Shown here one piece after another: positions 42,696-52,193 of a stretch of 64,000 bases of DNA. The stretch comes from an uncultured archaeon (GTDB lineage: Archaea; Thermoproteota; Nitrososphaeria; Nitrososphaerales; Gagatemarchaeaceae). The DNA lies in NCBI GenBank assembly GCA_963799775.1, contig CAWCYD010000003.1, positions 1 to 64,000 on the forward strand, given 5' to 3'. The translations under genes and the position numbers were made by a program. Position 1 is the first letter of the stretch. Every line of letters begins with the position of its first letter. Under the pieces are notes generated by a model. The model saw only the letters and a list, made by a program, of their open reading frames with translations. It had not been told where the DNA came from and made no database searches.

Positions 42696-43514
42696 TCATC
42701 GCAGGGCCCGTCTGCTCAAGAACGCCGGCCCGTACTTTTCCGCAAGGACCGCGAGAAGCTCATCCTTGTGCTCGCGCATGACATGCTCAAGGAACTGCTC
42801 GGCGACCGCCGCGCCCTTGGTGGCACCCAACTCGAACGCCTTGTCCGCTAGGTCTATGCACATGGGACACTCGGGTATCGTGTCGCCCTTGGCTGCGCTC
42901 TTCAGGTCGCCTAGCTGCTTCTCAAAGAGCTTGTTGATCTTCCCCAGCCTCTCGTTGGGGTCTAGCGTCCTCAAGAGGTCCAACCTCTCCTGAAGAGTGA
43001 GAAACGGCGAGTAGGCGCACATGTCCGCAAGCCTGCCCGGGGTCTCTATCGTCTTCAGGAAGCTGATGATCTCGACCGGCACCCCCGGGAGGAGCCTACC
43101 GAACTCGTCGATTTGCTGAAGGACAGTTTCCATTATCGTGGACTTGTCCGCCGAATCCGATTCTGCGCCTCCCGCCCGCGTGAACCTGACGCGCATGTAC
43201 GGTTGCTCCTGCGTTACTTGCTGTATTCGAACCCTCCAGAGGCCTCTCGAGAAAGATTCCCCGACCTTCCCCGACGGTTGTGCGGCGCGGACCATCGCCA
43301 GAGTCCCGACCGAGCCGACCAGCCCCTCAGGTCCCGGCACTGGGACGAGCACGGCGAGGCTCTTCTCCTTGAAGGCTTGCGCGAGCGCCGCGATGTTCTT
43401 GGAGTCCCTCACGGTGATGTTGACCTCCATCTCGGGGAACACTATCGCGTCCTCCGCTATCAGTGCGGGAGCCTCGAACGACTCATCTCCCTCGGAGGCA
43501 GGCGCTTTTGTCAT
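42696..43514 (-). CDS. Stand-alone Lon N-terminal (substrate-binding) domain protein with C-terminal CxxC...HxxxH motif
   Basis: IVFPEM, GSVGTLA, PGRLADM and QERLDLLRTLDPNERL; no AAA or protease domain follows. Confidence 0.8.
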   Translation of the reverse strand: MTKAPASEGDESFEAPALIAEDAIVFPEMEVNITVRDSKNIAALAQAFKEKSLAVLVPVPGPEGLVGSVGTLAMVRAAQPSGKVGESFSRGLWRVRIQQVTQEQPYMRVRFTRAGGAESDSADKSTIMETVLQQIDEFGRLLPGVPVEIISFLKTIETPGRLADMCAYSPFLTLQERLDLLRTLDPNERLGKINKLFEKQLGDLKSAAKGDTIPECPMCIDLADKAFELGATKGAAVAEQFLEHVMREHKDELLAVLAEKYGPAFLSRRALR

Positions 43515-43563
43515 CGAATCATCATGCCCCTTGCGGAATCCCGTGGACGGCATCTGGCGATAA

Positions 43564-43903
43564 TCACGCTCTCCCTCTTCGGCTCTCTTGCACTGTAAGG
43601 GTCGAGTCGAAGATCTCGCCGAAGGCCTTCTTGAAGTAGACAAGCGCCTCCTCGAGGCCGGCGCTCCCGCGCTGGGTGAGGCGATAGACGCTGTTGCGAC
43701 CTTCCAGATGCGACTCGATTATCCCGCGGCTTGCCAGGCTCCTTCAGAGCCGGATAAATGGTGCCAGGGTTGGGCTTGTCCCCTCGACGTTTTCCTATCT
43801 CGACTGCAAGCTCCTGCCCGTACATGGGGCGCTTTGACAGCAGCCAAAGAATCATGAAAGATAGCATCCCACGCATGTCACAGGCTCCGCCCTCTTCTTC
43901 CAA
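43564..43903 (-). CDS. PadR-family transcriptional regulator (frameshifted)
   Basis: RGMLSFMILWLL..PMYGQEL...PNPGTIYPALK. End coordinate is approximate. Confidence 0.88.
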
Positions 43904-44033
43904 GCTTGGACGACAGTCGTTCGGCCCGGCCTATAAGAATATCGGGCGCCCAATACCATCCTGCTGGTGAAAATCGTCCCTTTCTATTTGAAAGACGACT
44001 TAGGAATTAAATACGCAACAGCGACGGGCAGTT

Positions 44034-45665
44034 TTGATGGCTGAAAGGTCGAGCTCACATACCCTTGAAGGACAGGCGCCGACTCCATCGAAGCCTCCGA
44101 GCGCGCGGTTCGAGCTGCTCGTCTCCGTCGGGATTCTGCTCGCGCTCCTCATGGGGGCGCTGGACAATTTCGTCGCCCTGACCGCCCTCCCGGTCATCCT
44201 GAAGCAGTTCGGCCAACCGAACAGCGGCACATTCGTGATCAGCGCGTATGTGATCGCCTCGACGGCGAGCATCCCGATCTTCGCGAAGCTCTCGGACCTC
44301 TGGAGCCGAAGAAACGTCTTCCTCGGGGGCCTAGTGGTTTTCATGATTGGTTCCGCCCTCTCAGGCCAGAGCCAGAACCTCACAGAGCTCATCCTCTTCC
44401 GCGCCATCCAGGGCTTTGGGAGCGGAGGCTTCTTCCCAGTCGGCATCGCGATAGTTGCGGTCGTCTTCCCGCCAAAGACCAGGGCGAGGGTAATCGGCGC
44501 GCTCTCGGGAGTCTTCGGCATCGCGGTCGTCGCCGGGCCGCTCATCGGGAGCGCCATCGTCCAGTTCACGACCTGGCGCTGGGTCTTCTACGTCAACATT
44601 CCCGTAGGCATCGCGGGCTTCGCGCTCATTGCGAGCACCCTCGGGCCGCTGCGGCCTGAACACGTGCGCAAGTTCGACCTCCCGGGTGCAGGGCTTCTGG
44701 TCGGGTGGGTAGCCTCGATAATGTACCCGCTCTACCAGATAGTCGACAGCGGGTGGGCGTGGACGGACTCTCGAACGCTGGGATTCCTCGGCGTCGGGGT
44801 TGCTCTCGTGGTCGTCTTCATACTTTGGGAACTCAGGGCCGAGAACGCCCTGGTTCCGATTCGTCTCTTCAAAATTCGAGTCATGGCTGCCGGCGGGGGC
44901 GCGACCTTCTTCATCGGAATGGTCTTCTTCCCCGTCGCGACGTTCTTAGCTTTGGTAGTGGGCGTAGTCTTGGCCCCAGGGTCCGGCGGGTCTTCGAACA
45001 CTGTGAGAGACATCCTTTACTTCCTGGTCATCCCACTTGTGATTGGGGCCGCGCTGGGAGGCCAGATGCTCACCCGTCGGTCCTACAGGTTTGTCACGGT
45101 CATTGGTCTCATCGTCGGCAGCATCGGGATGGCCGTCCTGAGCGGACTTTCGACCACGACTCCCCTTTGGAAGTTCGCGTTCGGCGTCATCCCTGTCGGT
45201 GGCATCATTCTGCCCTTGATCCCATTGGGCTTTGGAATAGGTCTGACATTCCCGGTCTTCCTCCTCGCCGCCCAGAACCAAGTGAGCACGGAGGATGTGG
45301 GCGAGGCCGGAGGGTTGATCCAATTCCTCCAATCCCTTGGAGGTGCGATCGGACTCTCCGTACTTGCATCCTTCCAGGCTACGCGGTTCGCGGCACTCGA
45401 CCCGCCTCCAAACGCTGCCTGCCTCTCCGCCACTCCGCCCATGCCGACATGCGCGTCGTACCTTGGCTCTCTTGAAACCTCACTGGTCAGCTCCTATGAC
45501 CAGACGTTCATGGTGATGCTTGGGCTACTTGCGGTGGCATTTGTCTTCGTGTTGTTCCTAAGAGGACGCCTACCGAAGGGAACCCCACAGGCTCAAGGCG
45601 GCTCGGAGGTCGTCACTCAGGAAAATACCTCCATTCCCAATGCCTCGACGACGCGACCTCTCTAG
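44034..45665 (+). CDS. MFS drug-efflux transporter (DHA2, 14 TM)
   Basis: ALDNF..TALP, KLSDLWSRR, RAIQG.G and WRWVFYVNIPVG. Divergent from the PadR gene. Confidence 0.92.
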   Translation: MMAERSSSHTLEGQAPTPSKPPSARFELLVSVGILLALLMGALDNFVALTALPVILKQFGQPNSGTFVISAYVIASTASIPIFAKLSDLWSRRNVFLGGLVVFMIGSALSGQSQNLTELILFRAIQGFGSGGFFPVGIAIVAVVFPPKTRARVIGALSGVFGIAVVAGPLIGSAIVQFTTWRWVFYVNIPVGIAGFALIASTLGPLRPEHVRKFDLPGAGLLVGWVASIMYPLYQIVDSGWAWTDSRTLGFLGVGVALVVVFILWELRAENALVPIRLFKIRVMAAGGGATFFIGMVFFPVATFLALVVGVVLAPGSGGSSNTVRDILYFLVIPLVIGAALGGQMLTRRSYRFVTVIGLIVGSIGMAVLSGLSTTTPLWKFAFGVIPVGGIILPLIPLGFGIGLTFPVFLLAAQNQVSTEDVGEAGGLIQFLQSLGGAIGLSVLASFQATRFAALDPPPNAACLSATPPMPTCASYLGSLETSLVSSYDQTFMVMLGLLAVAFVFVLFLRGRLPKGTPQAQGGSEVVTQENTSIPNASTTRPL

Positions 45666-46010
45666 TCAGGGCTGTTGCCGTCTCTTCGCCCCAAACGCTC
45701 TGCGAGACCGAAGAAATCGAAATGAGGAGTGCCCTCTAGCGAAGAAATAACTCCTTCTTCTAGGTGAGCTTGCCGTGAATGTAGCAAGCCGTAAGATAAG
45801 CTATGATCGCGATGCACCAACCTACCGCGATGGCTTGCTGAATGTCCAAGCTGACCTTTCCAGCGCTTATTTGCGGTAATCGGGAATTAAACCTTACGAA
45901 CCTCTCATGCATGGCTGCTGTTAGTCTGAGTTAGCCTCGAAGACAATCCCTGTCCGCGAATTGCCGTTTACTCCTACGAACACATCCTCAGGTGAATGAC
46001 CGCTGAAGAG

Positions 46011-46037
46011 GTTTGGCGAGCCCGGTGGGATGTGAAC
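46011..46037 (-). repeat. Degenerate copy of the tRNA-Arg 3' end (att-like)
   Basis: gtttggcgagcccggtgggatgtgaac matches 51614-51640 with 2 mismatches. Confidence 0.75.
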
Positions 46038-46178
46038 ACCGTAGAAATGTACGAATTGGCGAGGCGAAAATCGACTTTGCAAGCATGAATCCGGATGAAA
46101 TCGTCGACCTCAATGGCAAAGAAGGCTAGTCATCGCACGCAGGATCTGAGACCTGTGCAGCGCAAATCCGAGTCGCAT

Positions 46179-46886
46179 TCAAGCGTTTAGTTTTGCAATT
46201 TCGCCGTCCCAAGTCGCGGTGAGCGATCCCTCTCTGCTCAAGCAAAAAACTATGCCGTCTAGATATGGTATCCACTTGATCTCCTTGAATCGTCCGCCAA
46301 AAATGGTCTCTATCAGGAGTATCAGCCCGTAGTCGTGCCCCACCCACAACCGCAGGAGCGGGGCTCGACGGGCCTTCAAGTCCGTGCTAACGCTCCTCAC
46401 GACGAACTGCTTTACCTCCGAAGGGGATTTCATCATCCCGACAGGAAGACTCCCGTCCAGCCACTCTCTCAGGAATGGCAGTCCTCCCACCTTTTCCCTG
46501 TATGACTCCATCGCATTTCTGTCCTTCGCGAAAAAGTGGGTCACGGCCAAGGAGTCGTCTATTCCAATATCTGATATGCTACCAGAATTCACGTGTGAGT
46601 AGCCGTTCATGATGCCGGTCGCCGTCTCTACACAGCGGGGGACGGGACTATAGCCCACGACGAGGTTGAAGCCTCTAGGGAGCGACTGGCCAAACCTTTT
46701 CGATTCGCCGTGCCCGTGAGGGGTCAACCCTGCGACCATATTCGGATTGGCGACCTCGCCTCTTAGACCTTGATCCCTGACGGAGTGTCTGAGGATGACT
46801 CCAATCCGATCACACTCCATGGATTTGATGACGCCAATAAGTCGGTCTCCGTAAGAGATTTCTTCCCCGGGCTTCTCAGGTTCCAA
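46179..46886 (-). CDS. Histidine phosphatase superfamily protein
   Basis: LRHS, LTPHG, SPVPRCVETA and VGHD. Confidence 0.82.
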   Translation of the reverse strand: MEPEKPGEEISYGDRLIGVIKSMECDRIGVILRHSVRDQGLRGEVANPNMVAGLTPHGHGESKRFGQSLPRGFNLVVGYSPVPRCVETATGIMNGYSHVNSGSISDIGIDDSLAVTHFFAKDRNAMESYREKVGGLPFLREWLDGSLPVGMMKSPSEVKQFVVRSVSTDLKARRAPLLRLWVGHDYGLILLIETIFGGRFKEIKWIPYLDGIVFCLSREGSLTATWDGEIAKLNA

Positions 46887-46979
46887 CTCTCAAACGTCCG
46901 ATAGGGCATGAATATGAATCATGTTCAATTTCCTCTACCATGCTCAAGAAGTTCGAATCCATTTCTGGGGAAGTGTCGG

Positions 46980-46996
46980 TGGCGGGCCCGGTGGGA
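46980..46996 (-). repeat. Exact 17-bp copy of the tRNA-Arg 3' end (att-like)
   Basis: tggcgggcccggtggga is identical to 51617-51633. Confidence 0.8.
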
Positions 46997-47111
46997 CTCG
47001 CCCACTGGCTGGCGCACACCAAACAACTTTGGAGCCACAGGCTGGACAATCTCGACAAATTGTTAAAAGCGGAAAGAGAGAAAGAACGCTGAAACGAAAC
47101 TGGGTGACATT

Positions 47112-47810
47112 ATGGCAACAGCAAAAGCAACATTAGAAAGGAAAAGAAATGAATTAGGATTTCATGAAATTGGAAAGGCCCATGGAATACCAATATACAT
47201 TTTAAATGAAAAAGCAAGTGCTTCACAGTCGGCAAAGCGCATAGTAGAGCCTAAATTGGCGCTGCCTGCTTACCAGTTTATGCTTTCTGCTTTTGGCTCA
47301 GAAAGTTCACTCAAAGACAAATTCAATGACACTGGAAAAAGCGATTACTCTTTTTGGATTGCGGGCATCGGTAAAGACACAAATCATCTAATAGACGAAT
47401 CCCAAGAGTCAGAAATTACACCTGCTCAGGAAGCAGAGGCCATGAAGCTTGCCGAATCAGGCATGAATTATAGGGATATAGCTAAGAAGTTAGGCGTGAC
47501 TGCTTTGAGCGTATATTACGCACTGAAGAAAAAAGGGAAAACCAAAGCAAAAAAGTCAATAAAGCCAAGAAGCTCGGCTCTTTGCACTTTTGATAAGAAA
47601 GGAAATCTTAACGTAGGTAAAGGAGCCTCCTTAGAAAGTACAGTTCGTGTTTCCAGAGGCTCGGATGACATGCCTCTTCTATTCTTCGTTCTTCGTGACA
47701 GCTACTCCAGGATTGGCGGTGCGCGTTTCGTCATTACTGCATGCAATGGCAGACAGTTTACTCCTCTTACTGCTGCTAGGGTGGTAGTAGAAGTAGAAGT
47801 GAACCCTTGA
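47112..47810 (+). CDS. AT-rich hypothetical protein with an internal HTH
   Basis: GMNYRDIAKKLGVTALSVYYAL; codon usage differs from the host. Confidence 0.7.
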   Translation: MATAKATLERKRNELGFHEIGKAHGIPIYILNEKASASQSAKRIVEPKLALPAYQFMLSAFGSESSLKDKFNDTGKSDYSFWIAGIGKDTNHLIDESQESEITPAQEAEAMKLAESGMNYRDIAKKLGVTALSVYYALKKKGKTKAKKSIKPRSSALCTFDKKGNLNVGKGASLESTVRVSRGSDDMPLLFFVLRDSYSRIGGARFVITACNGRQFTPLTAARVVVEVEVNP

Positions 47811-47913
47811 ATTTCAAGCCCTAGTCCAACACCAAGAATGGTGCGAATCCCTTCCGGCCCACTTAAACTCTTAAGAGAATCCCTTATTAGAAGCGTTCTC
47901 CCGAGGCAGAAAC

Positions 47914-49203
47914 ATGCCCTTTGGGAACAAGTACAGACACCTTCTCGACGACCAGGACGTCCGCAGATGGTTTGAGAACCTCGAAGCCAAGTCGATCATA
48001 ACCGCCACCGTCTATCTCCGGACGATGGGGCTCTATTGCGCTCTCGAGGGGACGACCCCAAAGAAGATACTCGCTGAAGCCAAGTCCAAGAGATTTCGCG
48101 ACGAGTTCACGGACTTTATCCGGAGGATGGAGAAAGAGGGGAAGGCAGGCTCCTACATCGAGCGGTTCAAGAAGGTCGTCCTCTCCTGGGCCTTCTACAA
48201 CAACCTCGACGTGAAGCTGAAGGTGAACATCAAGGGCACGTCCGAGACCCCCACAATAGCCAACGAAAGGGTGCCGAGCAAGGACGAGCTTTCGAGGATC
48301 CTCCGGATGGCGTCGCCTCGTGGAAGGGTCTCCGTCGCGATGATGGCGTTCAGCGGTCTTAGGCCGGAGAGCCTTGGCGACTACCTCGGAACTGACGGCA
48401 TCAGGCTCGCGGACTTTACGGAGGCGAAGATATCGAGCGGTCGAGTGGAATTCGAGAAGGTTCCCACAGCCCTCCTCGTAAGGAGAGCGCTGAGCAAGGC
48501 GAGGCACCCATACCTCTCGTTCGTGGGTGAAGAGGCGATAACCTACATCCAGGAGCATATCCAAGATAGAGTGAAGTCGGGAGAGAAGCTATCACCTCAG
48601 AGCCCGATGCTGGCCTTCGACCCCAGGGGAGTGAGGAAGAACGCCTTCCTCAGGACCATCCTTGTGACCCGGGACATCAAGGAGGCGATAACCAAGGCAG
48701 GGTTTACGTGGAGGCCCTACGTCCTCAGGGCGTACTGCGACACAGGAATGATCGTGGCCGAGTCCAAAGGCTTGATCTCTCACCCATACCTGCAGTTCCT
48801 GATGGGGCACAAGGGAGACATCGAGGCTAGGTATTCGACCAACAAAGGCAGGCTCCCACCAACGATGATTGAGGAGCTGAGGGGCGCCTACAAGAAATGC
48901 GAGCCCCTTCTCTCGACGAAGGCAGAGACGGCGAGCGAGGAGCAGATCAAGAAGGCGTTGAGGGAGCAGTTCCTCGCGGTCGCAGGCTTCAAGAAGGATG
49001 AGGTCGAGAAGATGAACCTCGACGAGATGGGCGACGAGGAGCTCCAGAACGCTGTGAGGCAGAGGCTGGTCGGCATGATGACGGGCAACGGCTCAAGGCA
49101 GAAGGTCATCCCGATCCAAGAGGTCAAGTCGTATATCGGTCAAGGCTACGAATACGTCGCCTCTCTTCCCGACGCGGAGGCCATAGTCAAGATCCCATTC
49201 TGA
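47914..49203 (+). CDS. Site-specific tyrosine integrase (archaeal type)
   Basis: SGLRPE, RPYVLRAY and MGHKGDIEARY catalytic motifs. Confidence 0.92.
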   Translation: MPFGNKYRHLLDDQDVRRWFENLEAKSIITATVYLRTMGLYCALEGTTPKKILAEAKSKRFRDEFTDFIRRMEKEGKAGSYIERFKKVVLSWAFYNNLDVKLKVNIKGTSETPTIANERVPSKDELSRILRMASPRGRVSVAMMAFSGLRPESLGDYLGTDGIRLADFTEAKISSGRVEFEKVPTALLVRRALSKARHPYLSFVGEEAITYIQEHIQDRVKSGEKLSPQSPMLAFDPRGVRKNAFLRTILVTRDIKEAITKAGFTWRPYVLRAYCDTGMIVAESKGLISHPYLQFLMGHKGDIEARYSTNKGRLPPTMIEELRGAYKKCEPLLSTKAETASEEQIKKALREQFLAVAGFKKDEVEKMNLDEMGDEELQNAVRQRLVGMMTGNGSRQKVIPIQEVKSYIGQGYEYVASLPDAEAIVKIPF

Positions 49204-49212
49204 GTGTCGCTC

Positions 49213-49456
49213 GCCCATAGCATGCAACCCCCTTCAGGCTCGCCCTTCGCTCCGAGCAAAATTCACCCCCTCGCTTCGCTCGCCGCGTCCGTCGCTCCCT
49301 TCGGTCGCTTCTCGCGGCCTTGCGCCCCTTCGGGGCTCCCTCCCCCCTCTTTTGCTCTCCGCTCGGTCTTCGCCTTCACCCCGCCTTGAAGCGGGGCCGC
49401 GCAACTTCGCTCCTCCGAAAGGAGCTCGTTTCGCGGGGGTGTTGCATGCTATGGGC
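49213..49456. other. Highly structured non-coding segment closed by a 16-bp inverted repeat
   Basis: GCCCATAGCATGCAAC (49213-49228) pairs with GTTGCATGCTATGGGC (49441-49456); several internal hairpins. Confidence 0.7.
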
Positions 49457-49683
49457 TCGCGTGAAGGGGGAGGGAAAGGGGGAAGAATTGAACTGATTTG
49501 GAGAAAAGAGGGTTGATCCCCCTTATACCCTTCAAAGGGGTGCCCCACAATCCTGTCGAATCAACGAAAAAGTTTCTGAAACCATCGTACGGAAGCTTCG
49601 CACCCAGGGTTCAAATACATGAAAGTCGCCTAACAAAAGCAATGAGAAGTGGTCGCGCCTCGCTCCTGCTTAGTGTGGCGACC

Positions 49684-50502
49684 ATGTTGAAATTGCCTTC
49701 CGCGTCACCCAAGTGGTCTGTTCAATATTATACTCGGTTTCAATCGAGAAGCGGAATCGGCCGAGTAGTCGCTGTCTCTGTAGTTCTTGCTGTAGTGGCA
49801 ATCGCCGCCGTGTCTTCGCTTTTCCTTCTTTCGTCATCGCCGTCTCCAAGCAACGGGAGTGCTAGTGAGCCTTCGATTACGACATGTGCTTCGGCCACCC
49901 CGGTAGCCAACTACCGTTTTCTTTCACCTCCGCCTAACAAGCAAGTGTTGCTGCTACAGCCTGGCAAGACCGTTGAGGTCTGCGTGACCTACACGACAGA
50001 ATGGAACTCAACAAGCTTCCAGACCTACAAGAGCTCGTTCTTTGACAACGGTACACTGACTATCCCAGTCCAAATACTAAACGATGTACCGATACAGTCG
50101 AATTACTCCGATCAGACTCCAAGCGGGAGCGGTAGCAATTCTACATCAGCCGCTTCTTCAACGACGGTCACATACACGACCGGTACGGCTTATCACGCGA
50201 AGGCATACACCGGTTCGTTCGACACAGCGGTTCTGCCAAGTTCTATCACGCCCACCCCTACTGTCTCCTCTTTCACGATTCTCTACACAATCACCCCACT
50301 GAGCAACTCGACAGGTTTCTACAGTGAGTTCGATCCTGCCCCGGGATTGCTGCTGGCTGTAGGTTACACTGCGTCTCAAGTCCAAGCCTCTGACTTTCCC
50401 GCCGCCGGCCTCGTCCATGGCACTTTCGCATCTCCTTACACCGCCAGCAGTGTGAGCGTTATTGGTGGCACGGTAGTTGATTTGACGATTTCGGGGCGAT
50501 AG
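49684..50502 (+). CDS. Membrane-anchored extracellular Ser/Thr-rich protein
   Basis: RSGIG followed by a hydrophobic segment, then a beta-rich domain with a Cys pair. Confidence 0.65.
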   Translation: MLKLPSASPKWSVQYYTRFQSRSGIGRVVAVSVVLAVVAIAAVSSLFLLSSSPSPSNGSASEPSITTCASATPVANYRFLSPPPNKQVLLLQPGKTVEVCVTYTTEWNSTSFQTYKSSFFDNGTLTIPVQILNDVPIQSNYSDQTPSGSGSNSTSAASSTTVTYTTGTAYHAKAYTGSFDTAVLPSSITPTPTVSSFTILYTITPLSNSTGFYSEFDPAPGLLLAVGYTASQVQASDFPAAGLVHGTFASPYTASSVSVIGGTVVDLTISGR

Positions 50503-50503
50503 A

Positions 50504-51317
50504 ATGAGACAGAGTCGAGGCAGGAGTCTTTCAAAAATTATCATTGCATCGTCACTATTTGCATTGCTTTTGGCTGCTCCTATTCACGTCATCTTTGCAA
50601 CAACATACGACTCAACCATTACGATTTCGCCTTCCGACACTGGTGCTCTCACGTGGTTCAGGTTCGACGAACTCGGTGATGTCAACGATTCCACTGGTGA
50701 CTGCGGCGTAGAATCGCCATGTTTCTCTTTTCAGTTGAACACCGATACGTCCACAACAAGCGGTGCTAACTTCTATCAGGCGCTAATGTACGTGTACCCT
50801 GATCACGTCTATTGGAACTGGGCCATTGGCTGTGATCCGACTTGCAGTTACGAAGGAAGCGGCAGCTCAAACTTCAATCCATCACTCCTCAACAACAGCG
50901 AGAATGTCTTCATTATGGCCATTAACGACGGCTCAAGTTCAATCGGATGGGGTGCGACTTCCTGCGACACGTCGATAGACGAAGCAGCCTATTCGTTCCA
51001 ATTTCTAGTGGTGAACCTATCTTCATGCGGTACATCAGATGGCTGGAGCGGTAATCCTGGTTCTAGTGAGATGGCCGCAGGTGCACCTCAGCTATATTCA
51101 GAGCGTCCCGGTTTCTCAGTGTTGCGGCGACAATTCAACCTTTCATGGAACGCAGGTCAGTGGAGAGCTATTCAACGGAAACCTTGGAACCTACGGTAGC
51201 AACGCGGGGAGCCTAACAAAGGAGGAAAACAACATGGATCTCAATTTCGGGACATACGGAACCGTTGTCCCTCTCTGCTACCACTCTCCAGATGTGAGCG
51301 AGCCTTCCTGCCCGTAG
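50504..51317 (+). CDS. Secreted protein, thermopsin/glutamic-peptidase-like pattern (frameshifted near 51090)
   Basis: Signal peptide, FSFQLNT...FYQA, then SLTKEENNM...EPSCP in the second frame. Confidence 0.55.
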
Positions 51318-51616
51318 TATAAATTGTGGCATATGTTCGCCTAGAGTAATTCGCGCAAGGCCCCCTACCGTAGACAAACCAACCTGAAGTCGAATTTTTC
51401 GCCTCGAGCTATTTTATATAGGATTCGCTTAAATAATTAATTGCATCCCTCATGGCCCATCCCAAGATCCGTTTGGAACCTGCTATTCTTGTGCACACAG
51501 CCTTGATTAACGCAATGATTTCGGGGAGTTACATCCAAAGACCCGTAATCGAGGCATGTGGGGTGGACACGCCATTCTGACGAAGATTCGGGTGAAACGG
51601 AGTCGAAATTGAAGTT

Positions 51617-51694
51617 TGGCGGGCCCGGTGGGATTTGAACCCTCGGCCTAACGCTTAGGAGGCGTTCGCTCTGTCCATACTGAGCTACGGGCCC
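51617..51694 (-). tRNA. tRNA-Arg(CCT)
   Basis: GGGCCCGTAGCTCAGTATGGACAGAGCG-AACGC-CTCCTAA-GCGTT-AGGCC-GAGGGTTCAAATCCCAC-CGGGCCC-GCCA. Confidence 0.95.
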
Positions 51695-51751
51695 GAATCC
51701 AAGGGCGTCTGAGTCACCAATATACTGTTTTGGTCGGAGATTCCTGGTTCG

Positions 51752-52190
51752 TCAGAGCAAGTGGAACTTGAGCTCCAGCTCTTTCGCCTTCTCGTCGAAG
51801 GAACACGCGTCGACCCTAATCGCCCCTATCGACCCTGTGCTCTCTGTGTGCGATTTGTCGCAGCAACTCGCCCCCCAATCAGGGATCCTCACTATCCTGA
51901 GAAGGGTTTCGTTCTGCGGCGCAGGGCAGAGGTCGTAGATACCTGTCCCGAAGTGCCCCTCCGCCTCCCCCTTGTCCATACTGAACTCCACAATCTCCGC
52001 GTCCTCTTCGACTTTTCTGTTGGCGGCGGCCTCTATCTTGCCGACCTCCTGCGCTGACAGAGGGGCCTCGCTCCTGAACTTCAGCACCCGTGCGTTAGCG
52101 AACGTGAACCTTCGCGGGCCCAGGACGTTGGTGACCGCCCCAGTGAGCACATGGATCGCTGAGTGGGCGCGAGATTCGCCCGAGTTCCCC
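51752..52190 (-). CDS. Free-standing alanyl-tRNA editing domain protein (AlaX-S-like); start uncertain
   Basis: HSAIHVL (HxxxH), IEAAANRKV, and CDKSHTESTGSIG (CxxxH). Confidence 0.8.
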
Positions 52191-52193
52191 GGT

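Larger units (their letters stand above)
46997..51616. mobile_element. Integrated element at tRNA-Arg(CCT)
   Basis: Bounded by the tRNA 3' end and its 17-bp direct repeat; contains an integrase and low-GC cargo genes. Confidence 0.75.
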
